The notes under the pieces are model-generated. The model saw only the letters and a list, made by a program, of their open reading frames with translations. It did no database searches and was not told the DNA's origin. The translations under genes were made by a program, and so were the position numbers. A stretch of 47,935 nt of DNA from positions 1 to 47,935 of the forward strand of contig CAYJVZ010000001.1 of assembly GCA_964373765.1 (NCBI GenBank), read 5' to 3'. The stretch is from an uncultured Candidatus Saccharibacteria bacterium (GTDB lineage: Bacteria > Patescibacteriota > Minisyncoccia > Phycocordibacterales > 01-FULL-45-15b). Shown piece by piece: positions 35,844 through 44,748 of the stretch; position 1 is the first letter of the stretch; each line of letters opens with the position of its first letter.

Positions 35844-36503
35844 TCAATATTCAAGTTCTGCCCACTTGTTGGTTAATAACATCTCGGAACTTATCATACG
35901 TTTTACTTCTTTTCTGTATTTGAGCTGATCACTATCGAAGAGCTTGAAAAATAAATCTATATTGATAACTGCTGTAAAATTTTTTTTCCCAGCATAATTT
36001 CGATAACTGCTCCATTCGTATCTTTCTAAAAAGTCTATAGCTCGATTAGCATTTTTGATTTCGCCATTTCTCCATGATTGATCATATAAATCGAGCGGAT
36101 TTATTTCTACATAGTATGGTAAATATTGAAGATATGAATCTTCATGCCCAATTATGATATTGGCCTTCTTTTCAAATAAGTAGCCTATTCTTTTGTTTTT
36201 TATATTGAAATATTTTGTGTAACTGTTGCCTAGTCGTTTTGCAAATTCAACAATACCCCCATCAATTGCTTCAACTAGGAGCAGATGATAATGATTGGGT
36301 AGCAATGACCACTTTAATATTTCAACAAGTTTTTCGCGGGCGGTGTCATTCTGCGCAAGATCGAAATGTCTATTTTGAAGTGCCCCTTTTCTGTTGTTTA
36401 ATTTATAGAGACACTCGATAAATCTTAGATAGTCATAACCATTATTGAAAATTTTTTGTTTATTTACTCCTCTATTGCATAAATGTGCTATATCCCCCTT
36501 CAT
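35844..36503 (-). CDS. REP-associated tyrosine transposase (IS200/IS605 Y1 HUH family)
   Basis: HUH motif in LLPNHYHLLL, and a downstream YVEINPL motif (compare YIHxNP of RAYTs). The length, 219 aa, also fits. Confidence 0.75.
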   Translation of the reverse strand: MKGDIAHLCNRGVNKQKIFNNGYDYLRFIECLYKLNNRKGALQNRHFDLAQNDTAREKLVEILKWSLLPNHYHLLLVEAIDGGIVEFAKRLGNSYTKYFNIKNKRIGYLFEKKANIIIGHEDSYLQYLPYYVEINPLDLYDQSWRNGEIKNANRAIDFLERYEWSSYRNYAGKKNFTAVINIDLFFKLFDSDQLKYRKEVKRMISSEMLLTNKWAELEY

Positions 36504-36522
36504 ATTGCTCTATTCAATACTA

Positions 36523-36550
36523 ATACTTCTACTGTGTCAACCTGCCACGT
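36523..36550. repeat. REP-like hairpin, right copy (inverted)
   Basis: tgtgtcaacctgccacgttgacgcaggg, with a 9-bp stem that includes one G-U pair. Confidence 0.85.
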
Positions 36551-36640
36551 TGACGCAGGGTGCGCTAACGCAAAGAATATTGAAACATCTCGTCGAACTA
36601 TAAAATTATAGATAAGCTGAATCTATTTAAAATGTTTTGA

Positions 36641-38599
36641 TTAATCCAAATAAATGGTTTTAATCTTTTCTTTTATTATTGGCGGTTCTTCTGTTGTTTC
36701 AACCAAATCATCGTCTAAATCTGAAAAGAATTCTGAAGGAACGTTCATTTTTTTATTTCCGAAAATGGTGCGGCTGCCGGCAAAGGTCAAAAAAACTTTT
36801 TTCTTGGCGCGGGTAAGGGCCACATAAAACAACCGCCTCTCTTCTTCCGATTCTTCTTCCGATATATCGTCGCTGGTAATTTTTTGATGCGGAAACAAAT
36901 CTTGTTCAAGGCCCGTAATAAAAACATTTTTAAATTCAAGCCCCTTTGAGGCGTGGACGGTCATTAATTTTACGGCCAGCTTATCATCTTTTATTTCATC
37001 CTGATCGGTGGCTAAAGCCGCTTCTTCTAAAAGTTTCTCAACCGATTCAAGTGGCGTCATATGATTGTAGCGAGACGAAAGAGTCACCAATTCGTATAAA
37101 TTTTCCAATCTTTCAGCGTCATCTTCAAGGCCGGTTTTTAAAGCTCTTTCCATTCCTGATTCTTTAATGATTAACCGCAATGTTTCAGAAATTTTACGAC
37201 TTTCTCCGTATTTTTTTATTTTGTCCAGTAAATTATAAAAATCATTTAGATTATTTTTAATATTTTTGCTTAATTCGTTTTCTCGGCCGGCAAAAATTTT
37301 TAGTATTGATGTTTTGCCTATGCCGCGCGGCGGAACATTGATAATTCGCTTAATATCAGAGAGCGAATCTCTGTTAATGCTAGCCTTTAGATAGGAAAGG
37401 GCGTCTTTTATTTCCTTTCTTTCAAAAAATTTAACTCCCAAAACTTGATAAGGAACTCCATGAGAGAGAAAAGCCTCTTCCATCACTCTTGACTGGAAAT
37501 TTGCTCTAAATAAAACAGCTATTTCGTTTGGATTGGTTCCCGATTGCCACAACTCTTTTGATTTAGCGGCTGTAAAATGAGCTTCTTCAACTTCGTCATA
37601 AGCCCCGAAGATGGATATTTTTTCTCCAGCCGGATTTTTGGTAAATAAATTTTTTTCTTTCCTCCTTTTATTTTTTTTGATGACCGTATTGGCCATCGAA
37701 AGAATATTTTTAGTGGAGCGATAATTTTGCTCAAGAACAACCGTTCTTGCGTCGGGATAGTCTTTCTCAAAGTCCATAATATTTTTTATATTGGCTCCTC
37801 GCCAAGCGTAAATATTCTGATCCATATCGCCGACAACGCAAATATTTCTTGTTTTTTTTGACAGCAGGTGAGAAATTTCATACTGAACTTTGTTTGTGTC
37901 TTGATACTCGTCTATGTGGATATATTTCCATTTTTTTTGGTATTTACTCAAAATTTCCTGATGATCGCGAAGAAGTATGGCGGTTTTAAGCAAAAGATCA
38001 TCAAAGTCCAAAGCTCTTTCTTTCCTTAAAATAAGTTCGTATTGTTCCCAGACTTCAGAGACAACGTTTAAAAAGAAATCATTAACGGCTTCCACCCCAA
38101 ACTCTTCTGATGTAACCATATCGCCCTTTTTTCTAGATATAACTTTTAGAATTTTTAAAGGTTCAAAACTTTTCGGATCATAACCGGCTTTTTTTATTGA
38201 CTCTTTTATGGCCTGAATAGAATCATTTTTATCATATATCGTAAAATGTCTGTTTAAACTAAGATGATGAGCGTTTTCTCTGATGATTTTTACGCCAAGA
38301 GCATGAAAAGTTGAAATAAAGGGGCGAATTTCGGAAAGATCCGAAAAAACCGTCAGGTTTTCTGTAATTTCGCTACTGATTAAATTATTAACTCTATCTC
38401 TCATCTCCTTAGCCGCTTTATTGGTAAAAGTTATTGCCAAGATATTTTCTTTGGCTTCCCCGCTCTTTATAATATGGATAATCCTGTGCGTTAGGACCTT
38501 AGTTTTGCCAGCGCCGGCGCCGGCTAAAATCAACAGAGGCCCTTTGGTATGAAGCACAGCCTCTTTTTGTTCGAAATTTAGTCCGTCTAAATAACTCAT
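36641..38599 (-). CDS. pcrA: ATP-dependent DNA helicase PcrA/UvrD
   Basis: AGAGAGKT (motif I), HIDEYQDTN (motif II), TVHASKGLEF, and LFYVALTRAKKKV (motif VI). Confidence 0.9.
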   Translation of the reverse strand: MSYLDGLNFEQKEAVLHTKGPLLILAGAGAGKTKVLTHRIIHIIKSGEAKENILAITFTNKAAKEMRDRVNNLISSEITENLTVFSDLSEIRPFISTFHALGVKIIRENAHHLSLNRHFTIYDKNDSIQAIKESIKKAGYDPKSFEPLKILKVISRKKGDMVTSEEFGVEAVNDFFLNVVSEVWEQYELILRKERALDFDDLLLKTAILLRDHQEILSKYQKKWKYIHIDEYQDTNKVQYEISHLLSKKTRNICVVGDMDQNIYAWRGANIKNIMDFEKDYPDARTVVLEQNYRSTKNILSMANTVIKKNKRRKEKNLFTKNPAGEKISIFGAYDEVEEAHFTAAKSKELWQSGTNPNEIAVLFRANFQSRVMEEAFLSHGVPYQVLGVKFFERKEIKDALSYLKASINRDSLSDIKRIINVPPRGIGKTSILKIFAGRENELSKNIKNNLNDFYNLLDKIKKYGESRKISETLRLIIKESGMERALKTGLEDDAERLENLYELVTLSSRYNHMTPLESVEKLLEEAALATDQDEIKDDKLAVKLMTVHASKGLEFKNVFITGLEQDLFPHQKITSDDISEEESEEERRLFYVALTRAKKKVFLTFAGSRTIFGNKKMNVPSEFFSDLDDDLVETTEEPPIIKEKIKTIYLD

Positions 38600-38805
38600 G
38601 GCACATCTATATTACACTAAAAATTCAGTTTCTTTGTTTTAAAGGAAACTTATAATCAAATTCTTTTTTTAAATATTGAAGGGTTTTTAAGGAAGGTATT
38701 GAAGGCATAATTAACGCAACTTATTTAATAAACCGTCAATTAAAATGACATTTTAGCTTTACAAGATGGATATTATGTTGCTATCCACAGGTCTGCTTTT
38801 TTGCG

Positions 38806-38834
38806 TTGACTTGGCGTGCCAAGACCGATATACT
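38806..38834 (+). promoter_or_regulatory. Strong sigma70-like promoter (TTGACT-17-TATACT)
   Basis: Hexamers at 38806-38811 and 38829-38834 with an exact 17-nt spacer. It lies about 200 nt upstream of the annotated start of the LysM/M23 gene. Confidence 0.5.
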
Positions 38835-39041
38835 CTCCAAGTTGCCCGCAATAGGGATTGCCAGATAGATTCTAATATGGCTCTATATAGCCATTAAACA
38901 GTAAATCAGATAACTACCACTAAATATCGGCTTATTTTAAAAACCCCACATAACCCTGATTCTTTTCGTACTAATTCTACCAAGAGAAACAAGGCTACAT
39001 ACGAGCGACAATATTTAAAGGCGATTGTTATCGCTTGTATT

Positions 39042-40031
39042 TTGTTATCATCAACACTAATTTTTCCAATAAAAGCAGAAGCCAATATTATTTCGCTGAT
39101 ATCAAGTTTTTTTGCGGATAAAATAAACGTGGCGGAAAATATTCAAAAAAACTTTGTTTCTGAAACAAATTCTCAAAATATGCAGCTTTTGAAGGCTATT
39201 ACAAGCATAGATTTATTAGAAGCAAGAGGCGGTGGGGAAATAGTCATAGTTGATAATAGCGCTATTTCGCCTGAAATCGGTCCGGCCGGCACTATTGGCG
39301 CAGTTATCGAAAGACCTATAAACCAGCAAATTAGCGTCTATGTGGTGCGACAGGATGACACTCTTTCATCAATAGCAAAAATGTTTGGAGTTTCGGTCAA
39401 CACTATATTGTGGGCCAATGATTTAAAATCGAGCGTTATCCATGAAGGTGACACTTTAATAATTTTACCAATTTCCGGAGTGCTCCATAAAGTTCTAAAA
39501 GGAGAAACTTTAGCTTCTATAGCTAAAAAATATAAGGCTGATATTGGAGATATAGTTAGTTTCAACGATTTAGATGAAGACACTGTTCTTGCCGCCGGCA
39601 CGGAAATAACCATCCCAGATGGCGAAATTGACGCGCCTAAAGCCTATCTATCAACATCACCGCTTCGAGGCTCAACTGGTCCAGCTTACGAAGGTTACTA
39701 CATTAGACCAATTGCCGGCGGGAAAACTCAGAGCTTGCACGGGTATAACGGAATTGATCTATCTGGTTTGTATGGAACGCCTATCGTAGCCTCTGCGAGC
39801 GGTGTTGTAATAATTTCCAAAATTGGCGGATGGAACGGAGGTTACGGAACTTATATTGTAATCAACCATGACAATGGCACTCAAACGCTCTATGCTCACA
39901 ACAGCGCGAACATAGTTTTTGGCGGCGAAAGAGTTGTCCGAGGCCAAGTCATAGGTTATGTCGGAAGCACAGGCAAATCCACGGGACCACATGTCCATTT
40001 TGAAGTTCGAGGAGCTAAAAATCCTTTCTAG
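39042..40031 (+). CDS. LysM-domain M23 metallopeptidase (peptidoglycan hydrolase)
   Basis: Two LysM repeats (DDTLSSIAKMFGVSVNTILWANDL and GETLASIAKKYKADIGDIVSFNDL). M23 motifs HNSANIV...GYVGSTGKSTGPHVHFEV. The 5' end is uncertain: the start is a TTG and the frame stays open back to 38898. Confidence 0.85.
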   Translation: MLSSTLIFPIKAEANIISLISSFFADKINVAENIQKNFVSETNSQNMQLLKAITSIDLLEARGGGEIVIVDNSAISPEIGPAGTIGAVIERPINQQISVYVVRQDDTLSSIAKMFGVSVNTILWANDLKSSVIHEGDTLIILPISGVLHKVLKGETLASIAKKYKADIGDIVSFNDLDEDTVLAAGTEITIPDGEIDAPKAYLSTSPLRGSTGPAYEGYYIRPIAGGKTQSLHGYNGIDLSGLYGTPIVASASGVVIISKIGGWNGGYGTYIVINHDNGTQTLYAHNSANIVFGGERVVRGQVIGYVGSTGKSTGPHVHFEVRGAKNPF

Positions 40032-40336
40032 ACATTTTACCCGAACATTAAAACAATATTGAAAGCCTAATATTGATGACCTTGAAAACAATTTTGGGGG
40101 CATCGTCTTTGACGTAGGTCTCCAACATTGGTATGCCTAGTACAATAGCTAATGCAAATCAGAATAGACTTTACGATCGTGAGGCTCATTCTGACTTGGT
40201 TATTTAAATAGTAAATACGGGGTTAATCTCACCTAGTAAGTTGCAAAATATTCTTAATTCATTAGACTGACATTTGGACAGAGAGGTATTCTTACCTCTT
40301 TTGAAATATAGAACAATAAACCACGGAGTATACTGA

Positions 40337-41302
40337 ATGAAACCGATCCCCAAACAAGTAGAACCAAGTTTAGTGCCGGGTCTTACGCTCTCGCGTCGCG
40401 GCAAAGTTTGCGAAATCTACCATCTTCCAGACAGCCCCCATCTACTTAAGGTCGTCTCGGATAGAGTGAGTGTCCACGATATCATTTTACCCTTTCACAT
40501 TCCCCATAAAGGTGAAATTCTCAACTTCATTGATCATTTATGGCGGCAACTGTTTCCTAATATTAGACATGATATGGTCGCCATCGGTCCCGCGATAGAT
40601 CCTTATTTACCTAAGTCTCTGCGAGGCAATGCTGATTTGCAGTGTCGCGCGCGCGTCATTAAAAGCTGCGAAACGCTATCCGCGGAGCTTATCTATCGGT
40701 GGCTTTTAACGGGTACTGGGCTCAAAAGATACCAAAAGGATAATGGGTGTGTGTGCGGACAGAAGTTTCCCGATGGTCTCAAGGAATGGGATGAACTCAA
40801 TCCTCCGGCTTTTACGCCAACCACAAAAGATCCGGATGGACACGATGAACACATGAGTCTTCAAGATTTCATCATGCGGTTTGGGCAGGGGCCGATAGAT
40901 CTGACCCGTCCGCTCTTTGAGCGGGGCATGAATATCGCTAAGGACCAGAAAGTTATCATAGCCGATACAAAGTTTGAAGTTGGAAAAGACCAAGATGGGC
41001 GACTAACGGTTATTGATGAAATTCTTACGCCTGACTCAAGCCGGTTTATTGATCCTGATGATCTGGAGAGGGCGCGGCAAACAGGCAAGAAACCGCCATC
41101 GTTTGATAAACAACCAATACGGGACTACGTAGAGGAGCATCTTGGCGTTGGGGCGGCCACTCCACTTACAAGTGAAGTGATTGCGAAAGTTCATAATCAT
41201 CATTACCCCGATTGGCTAATCGAAAAGACAGCCACTCGTTACGAACAACTGTTCAAGCTGCTTACCGGTATGTGGCTTGTAGAGCATAGGTTAATGCTCT
41301 AA
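40337..41302 (+). CDS. purC: SAICAR synthetase-like protein
   Basis: RGKVCEIYHL...LLKVVSDRVSVHD (compare GKVRDIY...LLLVATDRISAFD) and IIADTKFEVG (compare DTKFEFG). The segment is GC-rich; 40381-40440 counts 33/60 G+C. Confidence 0.7.
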   Translation: MKPIPKQVEPSLVPGLTLSRRGKVCEIYHLPDSPHLLKVVSDRVSVHDIILPFHIPHKGEILNFIDHLWRQLFPNIRHDMVAIGPAIDPYLPKSLRGNADLQCRARVIKSCETLSAELIYRWLLTGTGLKRYQKDNGCVCGQKFPDGLKEWDELNPPAFTPTTKDPDGHDEHMSLQDFIMRFGQGPIDLTRPLFERGMNIAKDQKVIIADTKFEVGKDQDGRLTVIDEILTPDSSRFIDPDDLERARQTGKKPPSFDKQPIRDYVEEHLGVGAATPLTSEVIAKVHNHHYPDWLIEKTATRYEQLFKLLTGMWLVEHRLML

Positions 41303-41338
41303 TCCTTTTTTGCCAGAAAAATTTTTCTCCAATTTTCA

Positions 41339-41371
41339 ACCGCCAAGTGTCTGTAATGCTCGGCGGTTTTT
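41339..41371 (+). terminator. Terminator-like hairpin after purC
   Basis: accgcc...ggcggt stem with an extended imperfect lower stem, followed by ttttt. Confidence 0.45.
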
Positions 41372-41398
41372 CATTTCCGCCTTTTCCCTTAGAGTAGT

Positions 41399-42961
41399 TT
41401 AAGACAATAAAGATTTTGGCCGGTACTGTAGAGCTTCAAGGATATGGCGATCTTTGACTTCATCGCCCCCTTCCAAATCCGCAATGGTTCGGGCGAGCTT
41501 AATGATTTTATGATAACCGCGAGCTGAAAGATCCAACTTCCGAGCCGCTTCATTTAGGATATTTTTCACTTCTTCTTTTAGAGGGACAAATGAGAGAATG
41601 TCTTTGGCGCCCATTTCGCTGTTGGTTTTAATTTTTCTGTCCGACTTCCGGAATCTTTTTTCTTGCAGTTTACGCGCCTTTTCCACCCTTTTTTTGATTG
41701 AAAAAGTCGGCTCTGTTCTATCTTCACTATTGCTTAATCTTTTGTGCTCCACTTGAGGAACTTCAATCCACAGATCGATCCTGTCTATTATCGGACCGGA
41801 TAACTTTCTCTGATAGCGCATGATATTTGACGGCGAGCAAACACACTCTTTATTTTTTATGCCCATATTGCCGCAAGGACAGGGATTCATGGCGGCAATT
41901 AAAATAAAGTGAGCCGGGAAATGAGCCGAACCTTTTGCTCTTGAGATGCTGATAATTCTGTCTTCAAGAGGCTGTCTCAATGTTTCTAGCACTCGTTTTT
42001 CAAACTCTGGAAATTCATCAAGAAACAAAACTCCTCTGTGAGCTAAGGTAATTTCGCCCGGTTTTGGAACAGCTCCTCCTCCAACCAAAGATACGTAAGA
42101 AGATGTATGGTGAGGCGAACGCACCGGTCTTTTGGTTATTAGATCTTGAGTTAAAAGGCCGGCTACGGAATGAATGGAAGTAACTTCCAATATCTCATCA
42201 AAACTAAGACTCGGCAAAATTCCGGAGAAAGCTTTGGCAAGCATTGTTTTGCCAGTGCCGGGAGGGCCGTAAAGGGCGATATTATGATTTCCGGCGGCCG
42301 CTATTTCTAAGCCCCTCTTTGCCGCCTCTTGCCCCTTAATATCAGCAAAATCATTTATCGTTTGATGATCGGAAGATTTGATTTTGGTTCTGGGCTGAAC
42401 TTCTATTTTTTTTACTTCAGACCTAGGAGCGTCTTCGTCGCGCTTTATGTTTAGATGCTCTATTACCTCAATTAAATTTTTGACTGGGAAAATATCAATT
42501 TTGCCAATTAAAGCCGCTTCGTTGGCGTTTTCCGCAGGCAGAAATATTTCGTCAAAACCAGCTCTTTTCGCCATCTCCACTAAAGGCAAAACACCATTTA
42601 TTTTTCTAAGTTCTCCGTCTAGCGAGAGTTCGCCTAAGAAAATTTTTTTATGAGCGTCAAATTTTATATCATTGCTGGCCAATAAATATGCCAAAGCGAT
42701 AGCAAGATCGAAAATGGGGCCCTCTTTTTTTAAGTCTGCAGGAGCCAAAGAAACGACCACTTTCTGATTTTTATTCTTGGGAGATTTAAAACCGGAATTT
42801 TTTATGGCGGCCGAAACTCTGTCTCGAGATTCCTCAACGGCTTTATCAGGAAGGCCGACTAAAGCAAAATTATGAAGTCCTTTTGAGAGATCAACCTCAA
42901 CGTCAATTATGTGAGCTTTGAGAAGCGAAGTTTGAGCGCTGTATACCTTCGCGAAACTCAT
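41399..42961 (-). CDS. comM: Mg-chelatase-like / ComM (YifB) family AAA+ protein
   Basis: Lon-like N-terminal domain, Walker A GPPGTGKTMLA, Walker B GVLFLDEFPEF, a Cys cluster NPCPCGN...CVC, and the C-terminal domain RGYHKIIKLARTIADLEG. Confidence 0.9.
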   Translation of the reverse strand: MSFAKVYSAQTSLLKAHIIDVEVDLSKGLHNFALVGLPDKAVEESRDRVSAAIKNSGFKSPKNKNQKVVVSLAPADLKKEGPIFDLAIALAYLLASNDIKFDAHKKIFLGELSLDGELRKINGVLPLVEMAKRAGFDEIFLPAENANEAALIGKIDIFPVKNLIEVIEHLNIKRDEDAPRSEVKKIEVQPRTKIKSSDHQTINDFADIKGQEAAKRGLEIAAAGNHNIALYGPPGTGKTMLAKAFSGILPSLSFDEILEVTSIHSVAGLLTQDLITKRPVRSPHHTSSYVSLVGGGAVPKPGEITLAHRGVLFLDEFPEFEKRVLETLRQPLEDRIISISRAKGSAHFPAHFILIAAMNPCPCGNMGIKNKECVCSPSNIMRYQRKLSGPIIDRIDLWIEVPQVEHKRLSNSEDRTEPTFSIKKRVEKARKLQEKRFRKSDRKIKTNSEMGAKDILSFVPLKEEVKNILNEAARKLDLSARGYHKIIKLARTIADLEGGDEVKDRHILEALQYRPKSLLS

Positions 42962-42991
42962 TAGATTTATTTTTTTATAATCGGATAAAAA

Positions 42992-43372
42992 TTACAGCAG
43001 ATCCTTTTCTCTATTTCTGTTTTTAATATTTGTTCTGGCAGCCGGATTCGCCTCCAGTCTCTCTTTTTCTATCGGCCCTCCGTCAATTTCATCGATTCCA
43101 TATTTACCTTGTTCCATTCTAGAAAGAGCCGCTTTAACCTGATTTAATCTAATTTCTAGTTCTCTTAAAATAGCCGAATTTTCTTCATATTCTTCTATAG
43201 TGTCGGCAACTTCGTTTCTGTCTGACTTCTCCACTTCAAACTTAGCCGGCGTTGCCTGCCAATCTTTTTTATTTGAAGGATTTATTCTTCCAATAGTTTT
43301 CAACTCGGACTCAAGCTTGGCCAACTCGTCCTCCAGCAATTTTTTGTAATGATTAAAGTCTAACTTTTCCAT
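42992..43372 (-). CDS. DksA/TraR-like coiled-coil protein lacking the Cys4 zinc finger
   Basis: The coiled-coil N-terminus and GKYGIDEIDGGPIEKERLEANPAARTNI align to the DksA motif G.YG.C..CG..I...RL.A.P.A..C. There are no Cys residues. Confidence 0.5.
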   Translation of the reverse strand: MEKLDFNHYKKLLEDELAKLESELKTIGRINPSNKKDWQATPAKFEVEKSDRNEVADTIEEYEENSAILRELEIRLNQVKAALSRMEQGKYGIDEIDGGPIEKERLEANPAARTNIKNRNREKDLL

Positions 43373-43425
43373 ATTTTTATAATCAAAGCATACCAGAAAA
43401 TGGGTTTTTGTAAAATTAAATCTTT

Positions 43426-44748
43426 TCAGCGAATTAGTTTGTTTGATTTATATCTTTTCACTATTTCTATCAAAGCCAGATCATTGGTGGTTATGACCAG
43501 GGTATTTTTATCTATAAAAGCATATAGCAATATCAGAATTTCTTCTTGGCTGGTTACAAATCTCACATTTATATTCTGAACAATGCCGTCTTTGAAAACA
43601 CGGTCGCTTCTTGTTTCAAAATTTAAGCTATTTGAAAAATCTTTGCTGATTCTCTCAAGGGCGAACATGTCTATGAAAACTGGCATCATGGCTCTTTCCC
43701 ACTTGAGCATGCCGGCTAGTCCATTGCTGTAAGAATTGACTGGGATTATTAAAAACGGCTGATTGCCATTTATGGAATAAATTCCAAGTAAATAATTGTC
43801 GCTTAAGGCTCGCGATAATTCCGGTGGAATATTTTCGCCCCCAAAAACTTCTAAAAGTTCTTTTGTATCTATCCTCTCTTTGTTGGGAGTTTCTCCACTC
43901 GTAAATATCAACCGATTTATTTTTCCGCCAATTATATTTGATTCAATTTCAATGGCCAAATCTTTAGCTAAGTCTAAACGACTTTTACCGCTTGTAGAGA
44001 TTTCTTCAGAATTATCAGTGCTGATAATCGGAATAACCTCTTGTTTTATGACCACTTCCGGGTTTTTACTGTTTTTTGATAGGAAGAAAATTAAACCAAT
44101 TGTCAAAAGACCGAAAAATACGAGTAATATACTGATTATAATAATAAATGAATTAAATTTTAAGCGGCTCTCGTTCACTCTTTTGAAGGAAGGCTTATTT
44201 TTCTGTTCCGCCATGACGATTTTTGAAAGTGTTAAATTGTCAGAACTAACAGTTTTTGAAACATCTTCTTTGAATGTATGAATCGGACTTATTTGACCTA
44301 GACGACGGTTCTTTTCTTCTAGGCTTATTTCTTTATTTAAAACATTCGGCGTTGAACTTTCTATTTTCGTTGATTGTCTTTCATTTGGAATGGGTTTTTG
44401 CGATTTTGCCTCAACACTTTGCCTAATTTCTTCAGCGCTCGGAGGATTTATATAATTTTGGTTAGAAATAATTTTTTCTTTCCCAATCTCGTCTGGCTTT
44501 TGAGGTTTCGGTATAATATTTACGAATTCTGGAGTTTGATTTTTTTCCGAAGAAGGTTTTTCCATTTTAGGAGATTCTGTTTTAACAGCATTATCTTTAG
44601 AAATAATTTTTCGAACTTCAGACTGAAGATCGTTTATTGAATTGATGGTTGGCGGCGGATTAATAGGTGGCTGGTCAATAGACGGCTGATCAAGGCGTGG
44701 CGGATCAACAGGATTTTCAATTTTTTCATTTTCTTTGTTATTTTCCAT
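43426..44748 (-). CDS. Hypothetical bitopic membrane protein with a Pro-rich N-terminus
   Basis: Repeat-like PPRLDQPSIDQPPINPPP, one TM segment (FIIIISILLVFFGLLTIGLIFFL), and a roughly 220-aa C-terminal domain. Its start overlaps the pnp stop (TAATG). Confidence 0.6.
   Translation of the reverse strand: MENNKENEKIENPVDPPRLDQPSIDQPPINPPPTINSINDLQSEVRKIISKDNAVKTESPKMEKPSSEKNQTPEFVNIIPKPQKPDEIGKEKIISNQNYINPPSAEEIRQSVEAKSQKPIPNERQSTKIESSTPNVLNKEISLEEKNRRLGQISPIHTFKEDVSKTVSSDNLTLSKIVMAEQKNKPSFKRVNESRLKFNSFIIIISILLVFFGLLTIGLIFFLSKNSKNPEVVIKQEVIPIISTDNSEEISTSGKSRLDLAKDLAIEIESNIIGGKINRLIFTSGETPNKERIDTKELLEVFGGENIPPELSRALSDNYLLGIYSINGNQPFLIIPVNSYSNGLAGMLKWERAMMPVFIDMFALERISKDFSNSLNFETRSDRVFKDGIVQNINVRFVTSQEEILILLYAFIDKNTLVITTNDLALIEIVKRYKSNKLIR

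Larger units (their letters stand above)
35790..36550 (-). mobile_element. REPtron-like unit: RAYT/IS200-type HUH transposase gene flanked by inverted REP-like hairpins
   Basis: The 28-nt sequence ccctgcgtcaacgtggcaggttgacgca (35790-35817) recurs as its reverse complement at 36523-36550 with 27/28 identity. Each copy can itself fold into a 9-bp stem hairpin. Confidence 0.7.
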
